A DNA stretch of 64,000 nucleotides from Amoebidium appalachense. Its lineage: Eukaryota; Protista; Ichthyosporea. The stretch is from contig CAVNZM010000010.1 of assembly GCA_963693365.1 (NCBI GenBank), forward strand, positions 7,813,794 to 7,877,793. The letters run 5' to 3'. The notes beneath the pieces were generated by a model. The model was not told where the DNA came from and did no database searches. It saw only the letters and a list, made by a program, of their open reading frames with translations. Each line of letters begins with the position of its first letter. Positions within the stretch are counted from its first letter, which is position 1. The position numbers were made by a program, and so were the translations under genes. Shown here one piece after another: positions 18,032 to 28,767 of the stretch.

Positions 18032-20543
18032 ATGTCCCCCAACGTGCAGCAGCCTCATGGGCACGCTGATGACTTGGACAAGCATTTGGGTTGGTTACAA
18101 CGTGTGGGCTATTACCGTGTCAGCTACAAGCACCCACACGAGGTCGCCGGGGAAACGTGGCGTGAGCTCCCTGTCGGTTTGTTTGGGTCTTTGCAGCAGC
18201 GGTTGCACCCGGATGAATACCGTAAGCTCATTAGGGAGGGTCCCGAGGCCTTCCTCAGGCTCAAGTACATGGACCCTGACCATGGGTCTTTGTGGGGTGG
18301 GCATCCGCCGGAGGTGGTTAAGGTGGACCTAGACTACATGGACTACTACTCCCACCTCAAGGACAAGTACGGTAGCTCGTACGTGTGGACCAGACCCCGA
18401 CCACCCCCTCCCCCCGTGCCTGACGTGACCCCACTGGCACCCCCTCCCCTCCCCCACTCCGTCCGACCACCCAACCAAGTCAGCTGACCCTCCCATACCC
18501 TACCCACCCCCGGGCTGGCACCCTGGACCACCACCACCACGGCCAACGTCTGCCATACGTCCCCCTGCCCGTGTCTCCAAGGGACCGCTGACACCCCACA
18601 CGGGCGGCTCGACCACGACTCCCCGACCGTCGGGTTTCCTAGGGCAGAAGGGACCCAAACCCACCCGTACACCCCTCCCGTACCCACCCCCCAACTGGCA
18701 CCCCGGCCCACTGCCCACGACCCCTGCAGCACCCCACCTGCCTGCCAAGCCCGACGGGCCACCCCTCCCGTACCCACCCCCCAACTGGCGCCCCGGCCCA
18801 CTGCCCACGACCCCTGCAGCACCCCACCTGCCCGCCAAGCCCGACGGGCCACCCCTCCCGTACCCACCCCCCAACTGGCACCCCGGCCCACTGCCCACGA
18901 CCCCTGCAGCACCCCACCTGCCCGCCAAGCCCGACGGGCCACCCCTCCCGTACCCACCCCCCAACTGGCACCCCGGCCCACTGCCCACGACCCCTGCAGC
19001 ACCCCACCTGCCCGCCAAGCCCGACGGGCCACCCCTCCCGTACCCACCCCCCAACTGGCACCCCGGCCCACTGCCCACGACCCCTGCGGCACCCCACCTG
19101 CCCGCCAAGCCCGACGGGCCACCCCTCCCGTACCCACCCCCCAACTGGCACCCCGACCCACTGCCCACGACCCCTGCGGCACCCCACCTGCCAGCCATGG
19201 CACCAACCAGCACGGCAACTCCTGCAACACCGACCGAGACTCAGCTAGCCGAAGCCACCACTGCTGCCGTTGCCACTATTGAGGACGACTCCTTTTGGGC
19301 CCCCCTCTCGGAGCTGGAGAGGTGGCTCATGTTGAACCACCCGAATTGGTGGAGGGTGGCACAGATAGGTGGCCTCGCTCTTGTCAAGTGGATCCTCTGG
19401 GGTCTCGGGGACAAGGGCAACCAGGCGAGGGCTGCAAGGGCTGCCGGGAGGGAGTTTGGCCGTGTTCTAAGTGCACCACCACCACTGGCATTCCTAACCG
19501 AGACTCCGACGGTTCACCCCTCCCTTGCTGCCACCTACTACCCAACGACTAAAAAGTCGGTCACCATGAAGGGGGGAGGGACGACACCTGCACTCTGGAG
19601 ACCCCCCACGAGCCCGGCTGCACCGTCAACCACTCTGCAAGGGGGACTCGAGGGTCCCACGTCTGCTACCCCACCCGATGAGGGGACCTATGAGCCCGTA
19701 CCGGTGACCCGTACCGACAAGGGTTCCTCCGGTATGAACGCGTTGCTGGGGCCACTCAAACGGATGCACGGTGAGAGCCTGGAGGAGTATGAGAGACGGA
19801 TGTACGAGCAAAACTCAGTGTTTGACAACCCGGCCTTGACACCCTATATGAAATCGGTGTTGAAACGTGGCGTTGAAGCACTTTCAGCGGGTGGGGAGAG
19901 GCTGGCTAGTGTGGTCGGAGGGGGCAGCCTGCAGGAAGCTGTGTTGGGTGACCAGGGCCTTATCACCGAGGTGAAAAACGTCGGAAAGCACTTGCTGGAG
20001 TACTACGTGCAGCAGCACAAGTCGACTCCACCGGCCTCCTCCACCCCTCTAGCTATAGAGCACGACCCTTCGGGTGGCCGTAGGTCCGGGAGAAAGCCTC
20101 CCCCTGGAGGCCCCTCTGCAGAACCAAGTCCGGCTACGCGTCATGACGGCTACAAGTCGGGGGACCTACCACACCACACACAGCACCCACACGTCCGAGC
20201 AGCCCTTCCGTTGGTTAGGGCAGCCCTACCGACTGTTGGCCGGGCCCTTGGTTTTCAACCGGACACTGTGAGACTGGCACAGCTTGCACTGGACTACACC
20301 ACTGGTACCACCGAGGAGGATAAGAAGAAGAAGGACACCAAGAAGAAGGGTACGAAGAAGAAGGACGGCAAGAAGAAGGACACCAAGAAGAAGGAGGACA
20401 CCAAGAAGAAGGACGTCAAGAAGAAGGAGAACACCAAGAAGAAGGACACCAAGAAGAAGGACACCAAGAAGAAGAAGAAGGACACCAAGAAGAAACCAGC
20501 GGCAAGAAGAAGGGTAAATAATCTACGCCACAGGCAACAGTGA
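18032..20543 (+). CDS. Pro-rich repeat protein with Lys-rich tail (about 836 aa), putative DNA-condensing core protein; +1 frameshift in C-runs at about 18429-18484
   Basis: The frame of ORF 19197-20543 stays open back to 18429 through the 90-bp repeat with no start codon and overlaps the end of ORF 18032-18487; KKKDT repeats at the C-terminus. Confidence 0.7.
18671..19196 (+). repeat. 90-bp tandem repeat, about 5.8 near-identical copies
   Basis: Units start at 18671, 18761, 18851, 18941, 19031 and 19121; they encode PLPYPPPNWHPGPLPTTPAAPHLPAKPDGP. Confidence 0.95.
20320..20495 (+). repeat. Coding AAGAAGAAGGACACC-type repeat (KKKDT)
   Basis: About ten degenerate 15-21 bp units. Confidence 0.9.
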
Positions 20544-20559
20544 CACCACCACCACCATT

Positions 20560-20796
20560 ATGGCACCCGGCACGGAGCACATGCGCATGTATGCGTTGCC
20601 ACACACCCTTGCCCCCCTCCCCGTACCCCTCCCCTACCGCACCCGACCGACCCCCGGGCCTGTACCCCAAACCCGACCGTTCTACGGGCCGGGAAACACC
20701 GTCATTGAGGGCCCAGGGGGGACCATGAGGCCGAGGCCGGCCACGTACACACCCTGGCCTGTGGCTGCCGACAAGAGCTCCTTCCAGAACTATTAA
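20560..20796 (+). CDS. Small Pro-rich viral protein (78 aa)
   Basis: Tightly packed same-strand ORF with an ACC-rich leader. Confidence 0.5.
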   Translation: MAPGTEHMRMYALPHTLAPLPVPLPYRTRPTPGPVPQTRPFYGPGNTVIEGPGGTMRPRPATYTPWPVAADKSSFQNY

Positions 20797-20835
20797 ATAT
20801 TGTGTGTGGTTGTGTAAACACCCTACTTCTGCAAC

Positions 20836-21027
20836 ATGGAGCTCAACATTGGCGGGCCCCCCATACGTAAGAAGCCGTTCATTTTTCCGGAGCAGAACAA
20901 CAGCTTAAACGTCATGGACGTCTCGACCATACGTGACTTCCGGGAACGCCCGTTGGCCTACACCGTACCGTTGTCCGGCATCAACGCCAACCGTCCCATA
21001 CGCACGGCACCTGTGGTGTTTAAATAA
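20836..21027 (+). CDS. Small viral protein (63 aa)
   Basis: GCAACATG start; TAAATAAA at the stop. Confidence 0.5.
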   Translation: MELNIGGPPIRKKPFIFPEQNNSLNVMDVSTIRDFRERPLAYTVPLSGINANRPIRTAPVVFK

Positions 21028-21144
21028 ACTTGAGTGGGTCGACGGTAGTGTGGGCATGTGCTGGCACACCCCCTACCACCACCTGCTACCCCTAACATAT
21101 TGTGCACATGTCTTGTATTTAGGTCACGGTACAGTAGCACCAGG

Positions 21145-22032
21145 CTACAGGTAAAACATGTTGTATTCCACAAGCATGTGGTAGTTTTTAAGGTCCCTCT
21201 CCAGCTGCACCCACACCTTGTCACTCTTGACTCTAGTCACCTTGCTTTTGACGGCCGGCACCAGCCTAGCCACCACCTCAGCATCCATACCACCCACTAA
21301 TTCCACCATTTTCACCAGCAGGAACGGGTACCCCACAAAGTTCTTCCTTGTGTCCTCCTTGTGCCTCCTATGCCACGACAAGGAGAACTTAAACATGCCC
21401 ATCAACAGCTCGAGCTGTTCACACGTGAACCTAGGGAAGGGGTGACCGTACAGCCTGTTTAATATATAAGGTACACGCATGTAGTGTTTTGTAAGCTTGT
21501 TCTGTCTCAACACCCTCCTTGCCTGGTCTGCATTCTCTATGTGTGCCACACACCTGAATGCTGCCACCACCCCCTCCTGCATGTCCCCCATGGAAGCATT
21601 CAACCCCTGCACCGACTGAAGTAGCTGCTTGAAGTGGTTGATGTGTCTGTATGGCTGTGACCTCTTCCTGTCCCAGAAGGCCGTGCACCCCTCATAGGTC
21701 TTCCTCCCCTCACCGTCACTCCCCTCCCACCCCCTCCCGTCGTACACCCAGTCCTCCTCCCCCTCTCCCTCCCCCTCCTCCCCCCCTTTCCCTCCCCCCT
21801 CCTCGTACACGTACTCCTGGACTCCACCGTCGTGCCCGTAGTCGTCGTGTCCCCCCGTGCACGTCACCCTGTTGCAGTATGCCCACCAACATGCATTCGG
21901 TGGTTGTAGTGGGGGTGGGGGTGGGGGTGTGGTCGGGCTACAGTACATGTCGAAGAGGAAGGGGCATAAGTCTAGCAGCTTCTCGGGGTCTGTGGTGTCT
22001 GCCACCATACTTAGCAGTGTGTCTTCATCCAT
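21145..22032 (-). CDS. VLTF3: Poxvirus late transcription factor VLTF3-like protein
   Basis: YRHINHFKQLLQSVQG, RRVLRQNKLTKHY..VPYI, RKNFVGYPFLLVKMVEL and KS....KSDKVW match the VLTF3 (A2-like) family pattern. Confidence 0.88.
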   Translation of the reverse strand: MDEDTLLSMVADTTDPEKLLDLCPFLFDMYCSPTTPPPPPPLQPPNACWWAYCNRVTCTGGHDDYGHDGGVQEYVYEEGGGKGGEEGEGEGEEDWVYDGRGWEGSDGEGRKTYEGCTAFWDRKRSQPYRHINHFKQLLQSVQGLNASMGDMQEGVVAAFRCVAHIENADQARRVLRQNKLTKHYMRVPYILNRLYGHPFPRFTCEQLELLMGMFKFSLSWHRRHKEDTRKNFVGYPFLLVKMVELVGGMDAEVVARLVPAVKSKVTRVKSDKVWVQLERDLKNYHMLVEYNMFYL

Positions 22033-22544
22033 TTTTAATTTTGATTTTTTCGTGTGTTGCCTGTTTTCGTGTTGGAAAAAGTGAGGTATCTTTGCACATG
22101 TGTGTGCCTTTTATATGTGCTGGTGCCTGCTCTTTTTGGCAAGTCTCCCCCCTTGTATGCATGTATGGTGCTGTTGTTGGTGTTCATGCTTCTGCCCAAG
22201 GCCACATTGGAAGGGTTTGTGTTTTTGCATTAAACTCTGATTTTATTTGCAGCTTCCCCTCATGCATACGGTGCACGTGGTGTATGCCCAAAAACACCGT
22301 CCTTTAAAATTTCTTTAAGTTTTTCTTCTGACCCCCTTTCCCATGCACACTGCACCCCATTTTTCCTTTTTTCTGAAGCTAAGTTAACAGACACCCCATA
22401 TAATTTTCATGTCTACCCTAACGTATTCCCTGCATACTTTGATACTTTGATTTAACTTTGATTTAAAAATTGCATACTTTAACTTAAAATGCTAACTAAC
22501 CCTTCCCCTTCCCTCCCCCTCCCTCCCCCTCCCCCTCCCCCCAC

Positions 22545-25500
22545 TCAAAACTGCAGAGTCCCCTCCGGTGCTGCCCACCCAATGGGGTAGCTGCGTACAC
22601 TGCCGTCGGCTGCCTCAAACACCCCCCTCTTGTCGAAGGCCCCCGACTGTGTCTTCCTCTGGTCCTTGCTGGCCAGGTGGTAGTTGTGGGGCACCCCGGG
22701 CACGGGCTCACGCAGCAGCCGGTGGTTGGTGACACTCACACTCGGCATCTCCCCGTGCACCAGCATACGGAGGCTGGGGAGGTTCACCATGTCGGCTGCA
22801 CGACGGGAGAGGGTGATGCCCTTGACCTTGACGTCGGTCTTGCCGTCCTGGGTGCGGTAGGCATAGGTCTTGGGGGCCACTCCAACAAACTCGACGATGG
22901 GGGCGGTGGTCTCGTTCTTCCAGTTGCCCAGCAAGTCCCCGTTGGTGGAGTCGATGTTGTGGCTGAGGTGGGGCACCCTGCTGTCGTAGTGGTAGACGAT
23001 GGAGTCCGTGTCCATGTACACCACCTGCTGGGGGGAGAGGGACCGGAGGGCACCATAGAGGTGCAGCCGTGCATGGGCCGTCACGAACGTGCCGATGGCG
23101 ATGTTCGCGTAGGAGGGGGGTGGGGCCGTCTCCTTCTTGGGCCTGTACTTGATGGCCACCCTCTGCTCGCCGATGGGCTCGACGTCCAGCACCAAGATGT
23201 TGGGGTTGGTCACCAGCAGACTCAGCCGATCGACATCGTCGACAAACTCGATGGTGTCGAGCCCTGCCCTCTGCACCAGCTTGCCCCAGAGGCTGTTCAA
23301 AAACAGCTTGCTGATGGTACGAAGGGCAGGGTTGGGGCTGAACTCGTCGGCCGTCACCGTGATGCCGTAGTGCTCCTTGAACAGGTGCACGAGGGCGGGT
23401 ATGTCGGCAGGATCCACGGTGGTGCTGGTGAGCTTCACCTTCAGGAAGGTCTGCACGTACTTCCGAAACAGGTTCTTGGTGCGTTTCTTGAAATGCACCA
23501 CATCGTACACATCGAGGATGGTGTACCCATCACGCACGGCCACCTTCAGCTCCTCCGTCGTCCACGTGCCGACCAGTGCCCTCTCCTCGTCCGTGTGTGT
23601 GCATTGCACATGCTCACGCACCCGGGGGTTGCCCTCCTCGTCCATGCAGGTGGCCTGGGCCTCCTCCTTGCTGCTGCAGGCCCTGCACAGCACAAAGCCC
23701 AGCTTGTCGTACCCCTGGGCACCCGTCATACGCACAGGCAGCACGGGGATGAACAGGTCCTTGGGGGGGAGCACCCTCACACGTGCAACACCAAAGTACC
23801 CCTTGGTCCTGGCCTTGGGGGAGCCGGGGGTCATACGGCACGTCTTGTCGAGCCTCTCCTTGAGCACCTGGGGGTCCGTGACGATGACCGAGGGGTGGTC
23901 CTCCGGCTTGATGGGCAGTGACGTGAACCACTGTGACTTGCCCACCGGCATGTACTTGTCAATCATCACGTACGGGTAGAGGGACGTGACGTCGACGTAC
24001 TTGAGCCCTGCCTGTGGCCAGTCCTCCTCCTTGACCTCGATGTGACGAGTGATGACCTCCGTACGGCCACCAAAGAAGGCATCACGGAACTGCACCGGGC
24101 CCGTGGGCACGGGGGCCACCCTGCCGGTGCCCTCCCTCCGTGCTGCCTGTGCTGCAAGTGCTGCCTTCACCTCCGGGCTCTGCCGAAGCCTGTCCCACCT
24201 GCACTCCCACATGCTCTGCACCTTGTGCCCCTGGGCACGGATGTACCTCTCGTGGCCCATGGTGCTGTCGTAGGCCTCCTTGGCCGACCTCTTCACCACC
24301 CTCATCGTCAGATCCTCGTGCATATTGCATTCGGGGCACCCGTGGAACACACACCCGTGGAAGAAGTAGTAGGTGCACGTGCCGTCGTCGTGGGTGGCCT
24401 TGGCATCGGCCGTGGCCCGCCCGTGGGGGCCGTACCCGGTGGCCTCGTGCCGTGCAATGTCGTCGGGCCCCACCCCCAGCCCGTGGGTGACGTAGTCGAT
24501 GTACTCCTGCTCCTTCTTGCTGCTGTTGACGTTGCCCATGGTCTGGTCTCGAAGCACAGCCACGTCCTTGGGCATGGCCTGTGAGATCCAGAAGTGCATG
24601 GCCAGTGCTGCAAGGGTCACACACGTGAAGGGGTCGATGCCCGTCAGCTCAATGAGTTTGGACATGAAGGCCTTGACCACCTGCTGCAGCAGCACCACGT
24701 CCTTGACACAGTAGTCCTCACACTGCTGCACAATGTCGTAGCACGTGGCTGCCGGGGCCCCCTCAAGCAGACGTGCCTGCTCCTCGTGCCACCACTGCAT
24801 GAAGGGAGCATGCTGTCTGGGCTTCATGTCCTGGGCACCAAAGTCCTCGGGCCCGGGGAAGGGAATGGTGCCGGCCTTGAAGTTGGCAAAGGTGGCTGCA
24901 TGGTGGGGGAAGTGGCCCTTGGTCTCCTCACACCCCATGGCCTTGCCCGCATCTGACAGGGACATGGTGAGGAAGTTGAGGGTGTCCACGAACGTCAGCT
25001 CCACCACCGTGGTACGGCTACCGCCCCCCCTCTCCCCCCCGTGCCGTCTCTTGTGGCCGGTGCCTGCTGCTGCTGCTGCTGCTGCTGCTGCCTGCTGCTG
25101 CACATCACCATGGCCATCACCATCCACCGGCATGGGTATGGGCTCGGGGTCTGCTGCACCGGCACCCTTGAGGTAGTGACGTATACGGCAGGACTTGATC
25201 TTGCTGTTGGTCATGATGGGCACGTACACATAGTCCTGGCTGCCCACCACCCTCTTGGTCACAAAGTGGAAGTCGAAGCCACTGCCGTTGTGGCAAAACA
25301 CCCGGCCACCGGCGTGGGCAGGGGTGTCAAACAGCCACTTGACCACCTTGTCAATCACGTGGTGGTTGTCGTCCATCAACACGTCCCAGGCGTCCTTGCC
25401 GTCGGCCGAGGGCTCCGGCCAGAAGATGATGGGGCCAGTCGGTTGGCCATCTGACGGCTCGACGTACATGGCCACAGCAAGGTACACAATGTGGATGAAG

Positions 25501-28104
25501 TGGGGGTTGTCGGGTGTGTGGTCGGGGGCTGGCACCGGCATGGTCTCAAAGTCCAGCACAATGTCCCTGATGGGCTGCCTGGTCTGCTTCCACACACCCC
25601 CGGGTCCGCTGCCGTCATTGTCGGGCACGTGCCGTTTGCACACGTGTGCACCCACCCTGCTGCCGGCAGCATCCACCCTGACCCTCTGCCGTGCAGGTGA
25701 CTCTCCCCCCTCCTCCCCCTCCCCCTGCTCGTTGGAGAAGCATGCCAGCCTGTCACACACCGCACCGTCTGCATCCGTGTGTGTGCACATATACACACGC
25801 CGTTGGCCACTGAGCTTGCTACGTATGAGGCACGTGTGGTTGCCGGGCATATAGCCCCCACAGCCCTTGCAGGCGTAGTCGGTGCACAGGTGTTGTGTCC
25901 ACGTGTCGTCCTTCTTGGCCCCGTGCTCACCCCCCTCACCCCCCTCCCCCTCCCCCTCAGACATCTGCATGAGGTCGACGGCATCATCCTCGTCATCACT
26001 CTCACCCTCGTCGTCTGACGACTCGACAAGGCAGGGTGGGGGGTCTGTGCCTGTGTCGGAGTCCTCCCCCTCCGTGTCCGTGGCATAGTCCCAGTCCTCC
26101 CCCTCGTCGTTGGAGCCTGCATCTGCCCCTGCATCGTACCCCCCTTGCTCCTGGGCAGTGTGCAGCCGGCGTAGACGGCGCACGCTGGCATACTTGAACT
26201 TGTAGAAGAACCGGCCGGCAGGATTGCCCGACACACACACCCTGAGGGCATCATCTCCACTGCCAATCATCCTGTACCCCTGCAGGCCGTGGGTGCACGT
26301 GGCCAGCCGGCACCAGAACACGGTGTCACAGAAGGATTGTTGCCGGCCGTCGGCCCTGGCCCCGGCCCCCTTGAGCTTGGTGCTGTGGTTGGCCATGCAC
26401 CTGGCCGAAGGGAAGAGGCCACAGCAGTCGTCACAACGGTAAGGCCATGCATCCTCCCCCACCCGTGCTAGCTCCACACGGCGCCCGGGGGTCCACACAC
26501 AGGCATCTGCCTGGTCGATGTGGTTCCCCTTTGATCCACAGTTCCCACACCGGTTCACACAACGGTGCACCCCCATGTTCTTGGATTGCACGGTCTGGTT
26601 GCAGTGGAAGCAGGTGCTGAGGCTCCGACGTACGGCCCCCGTGTGGTTGCCGTTGCGCAGGCGCTCGATGGTGTTGCTGACATTGGAGGGGATGGCCGTG
26701 AAGTGGCCCAGCTTCTGGGAGTGGCCAAGGTACATGGTGCACAGCTTGCCGGGGGGAAGGGCCGAGCTCACGTCCCCGTACCTTCTTGCCACCCTACCCT
26801 TGCTGTCCAGGTCCACCACCACCAGCCGTAGACGGGTGACTGACTGGGTCTCACTGGCAATCTGCATGTTGAGGGCATCCACGGCTGCACCCAACTGATC
26901 CACCGTCAGCCCGTCCTCTGCAGGCACAGGCAGCTTGTACTTGGCCCACAGCCGGCGGGTGGCCCTTGCCAGCCTGCGCAGGTAACGGTCCTGGAAGTTG
27001 CTCCTTGGGTTGATGGGTGGCTGCAGCAGGTTGCACACCCCACAGCCGGAAGACACAGACCTACCCAGAGCCTTGTTGCCAATACCAATCACATCCATAG
27101 GGTCCAGTAGTTGGCACAGCACGTGGTGGTCCTTGAGCTTCATGAGGTCACCCCCATTGCCCAGGTTCTTACGAGTGTGCTCGGAGGGCAGGCTGCCGTT
27201 CTCGTTGCTGTTGGCTGCCTTGCTGACCCACATTGCCATACAGTACACCAGGCACAGCTGGGCACAGGAGGGGCCGTCGGCAATCTCAAGCAGCTGATGG
27301 TGGTCAAGCTCCTTCTCCCCTGTCACCTGCGGGTCGTTGCTGCTGCAGGCTGCCTTCACCAGGGTGGTCACATCCACCACGGCCTTGGCCTCCACCAGCT
27401 CCCGCAGCCACTGGGCTGTCACCCCTGTGAGGGTGGACAGGGACCCGCAGGCACCCTTCCTCACCATGTCCTTGGGCCGGACCACGGTCAGATGCACACT
27501 GGATCGCCCGTCCATAAAGGTCTCGGCTGCACTCTGGGTGCGTTGGCGTATGTTCTCCATCAGCTTGAGCACCACGGCATTCACATCACCGTTGAACACG
27601 TCCATGGGGCCTGCCGTAAACACACGACGGTTGGTGACATCGGCGTTAGGGTTGCCGTCATCCCCCACCTGGTTGTCCACACCATTGGCCTGCACGTGCA
27701 AGCTGATGATGCGTACGATGATCATGTCCCCCACCTGCACATCTGCACGGGCGATGGCATCAAACAGCATAGCTGCAAAGAACTGGGGGAACTCGGTGAC
27801 GTCCATGGTGCGCAGGGGTTGGTACTCGAGGGTGTGGCCGCGTACGCCCAACCCCCTTGCCTGCATGTCATCCACCCGTGAACGCAGCTGCCAGTTGCCC
27901 TCGGCTGGCATGGCAATGATCTGGGGGTCATCTGGGTGGTTGAGGGGGGGGGGGGGGGGGGGGGGGGCGGGGGGGGGGGGGGGGTGGGGGTGGTGGGCCC
28001 TGCAGGGCCTGCAGAAACGGGTTGGCTTGCAGGGCCTGCTGCGGGTCGGCATCCAGTGCCCGCAGCAGGTCCTCTATGAAACCTTCCTGGCTGTCGTCTA
28101 ACAT
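22545..28104 (-). CDS. polB: Protein-primed family B DNA polymerase (Polinton type) with long N-terminal extension; probable start 28104 across a poly-C tract
   Basis: Exo motifs LDFET, HNGSGFD and YCVKDV; FFGGRTE; Pol motifs DVTSLYP, KLFLNSLWGK, YMDTDS, KTYAY and KVKGI. ATG 28104 gives MLDDSQEGFIEDLLRALDADPQQALQANPFLQALQG, out of frame across the G-tract at 27943-27990. Confidence 0.96.
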
Positions 28105-28230
28105 CCTGAACAGTAATCTTAGATCTTAGCCACAATGTAATTGCCAGGCAGCGCCGGCAGCAAAAACATCAATAAACAGAACGCAAAATAATGATCCTGT
28201 GCGTGCGTAAGTGCGCCACCATTGTTTACA

Positions 28231-28440
28231 CAAGGCGGCCAATAGGAAACCCAGGTTGACCGATCCGGGCGCTCATTGGCCGCCTTGGAAATGGAATGTG
28301 CTATCTTAATGTTCATTGGCCGCCTTGTGCGGCAACTGGCTTTTTGGAACCGAATTATCATTGGCCGCCTTGTGCATCCGCATTACTATTGGCCGCCTTG
28401 TACAAGGAATTCGGAATTCGAATTCTCATTGGCCGCCTTG
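28231..28440. promoter_or_regulatory. Array of six ATTGGCCGCCTTG motifs (CCAAT box plus GC element) upstream of polB
   Basis: Direct copies at 28275, 28315, 28360, 28388 and 28428; inverted copy at 28231-28243. Confidence 0.7.
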
Positions 28441-28603
28441 TGCACACCGTCGCATTCCTTTGATCTCAGAACTGTGTACGTGTCGCATGTGCGCGTGCGT
28501 GCACGCGCACACATGACACGTTTTCCCTTTAATATTTTAATTAAATCCACGTGCTCTGCACGTGTTTATGCACACACACACAGTGTGTGCACGTGCTCCT
28601 GTA

Positions 28604-28693
28604 CATATCCATACCCATATCCATATCCTAATCACAATATACACCCATATCATACTGCATATCGCCATATCCCATATGCATATCTGCCATATC
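28604..28693. repeat. Degenerate CATATC hexamer array
   Basis: CATATC and variants repeat immediately before the palindrome. Confidence 0.6.
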
Positions 28694-28694
28694 C

Positions 28695-28767
28695 TAAGGG
28701 GTGCGCCACCCTGCGTTAGTGACGTCACACTTTGTGACGTCACTAACGTGGGGTGCCGCGCCCCTTA
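28695..28767. repeat. 73-bp imperfect palindrome (35-bp arms, 3-nt loop) containing two TGACGTCA sites
   Basis: TAAGGGGTGCGCCACCCTGCGTTAGTGACGTCACA-CTT-TGTGACGTCACTAACGTGGGGTGCCGCGCCCCTTA; 4 mismatches. Confidence 0.92.

Noticed and set aside
18671-19196. 90-bp array (and the 26-bp array at 35148) as possible CRISPR arrays
   Set aside because: Head-to-tail repeats without unique spacers; no cas genes; eukaryotic context
18346-19230. Three Gly-rich minus-strand ORFs over the 90-bp repeat
   Set aside because: Antisense shadows; the plus frame is continuous with the flanking genes
22677-28101. Long plus-strand ORFs opposite polB, and similar ones opposite MCP and the fibre
   Set aside because: Antisense shadows caused by GC3-rich codon usage
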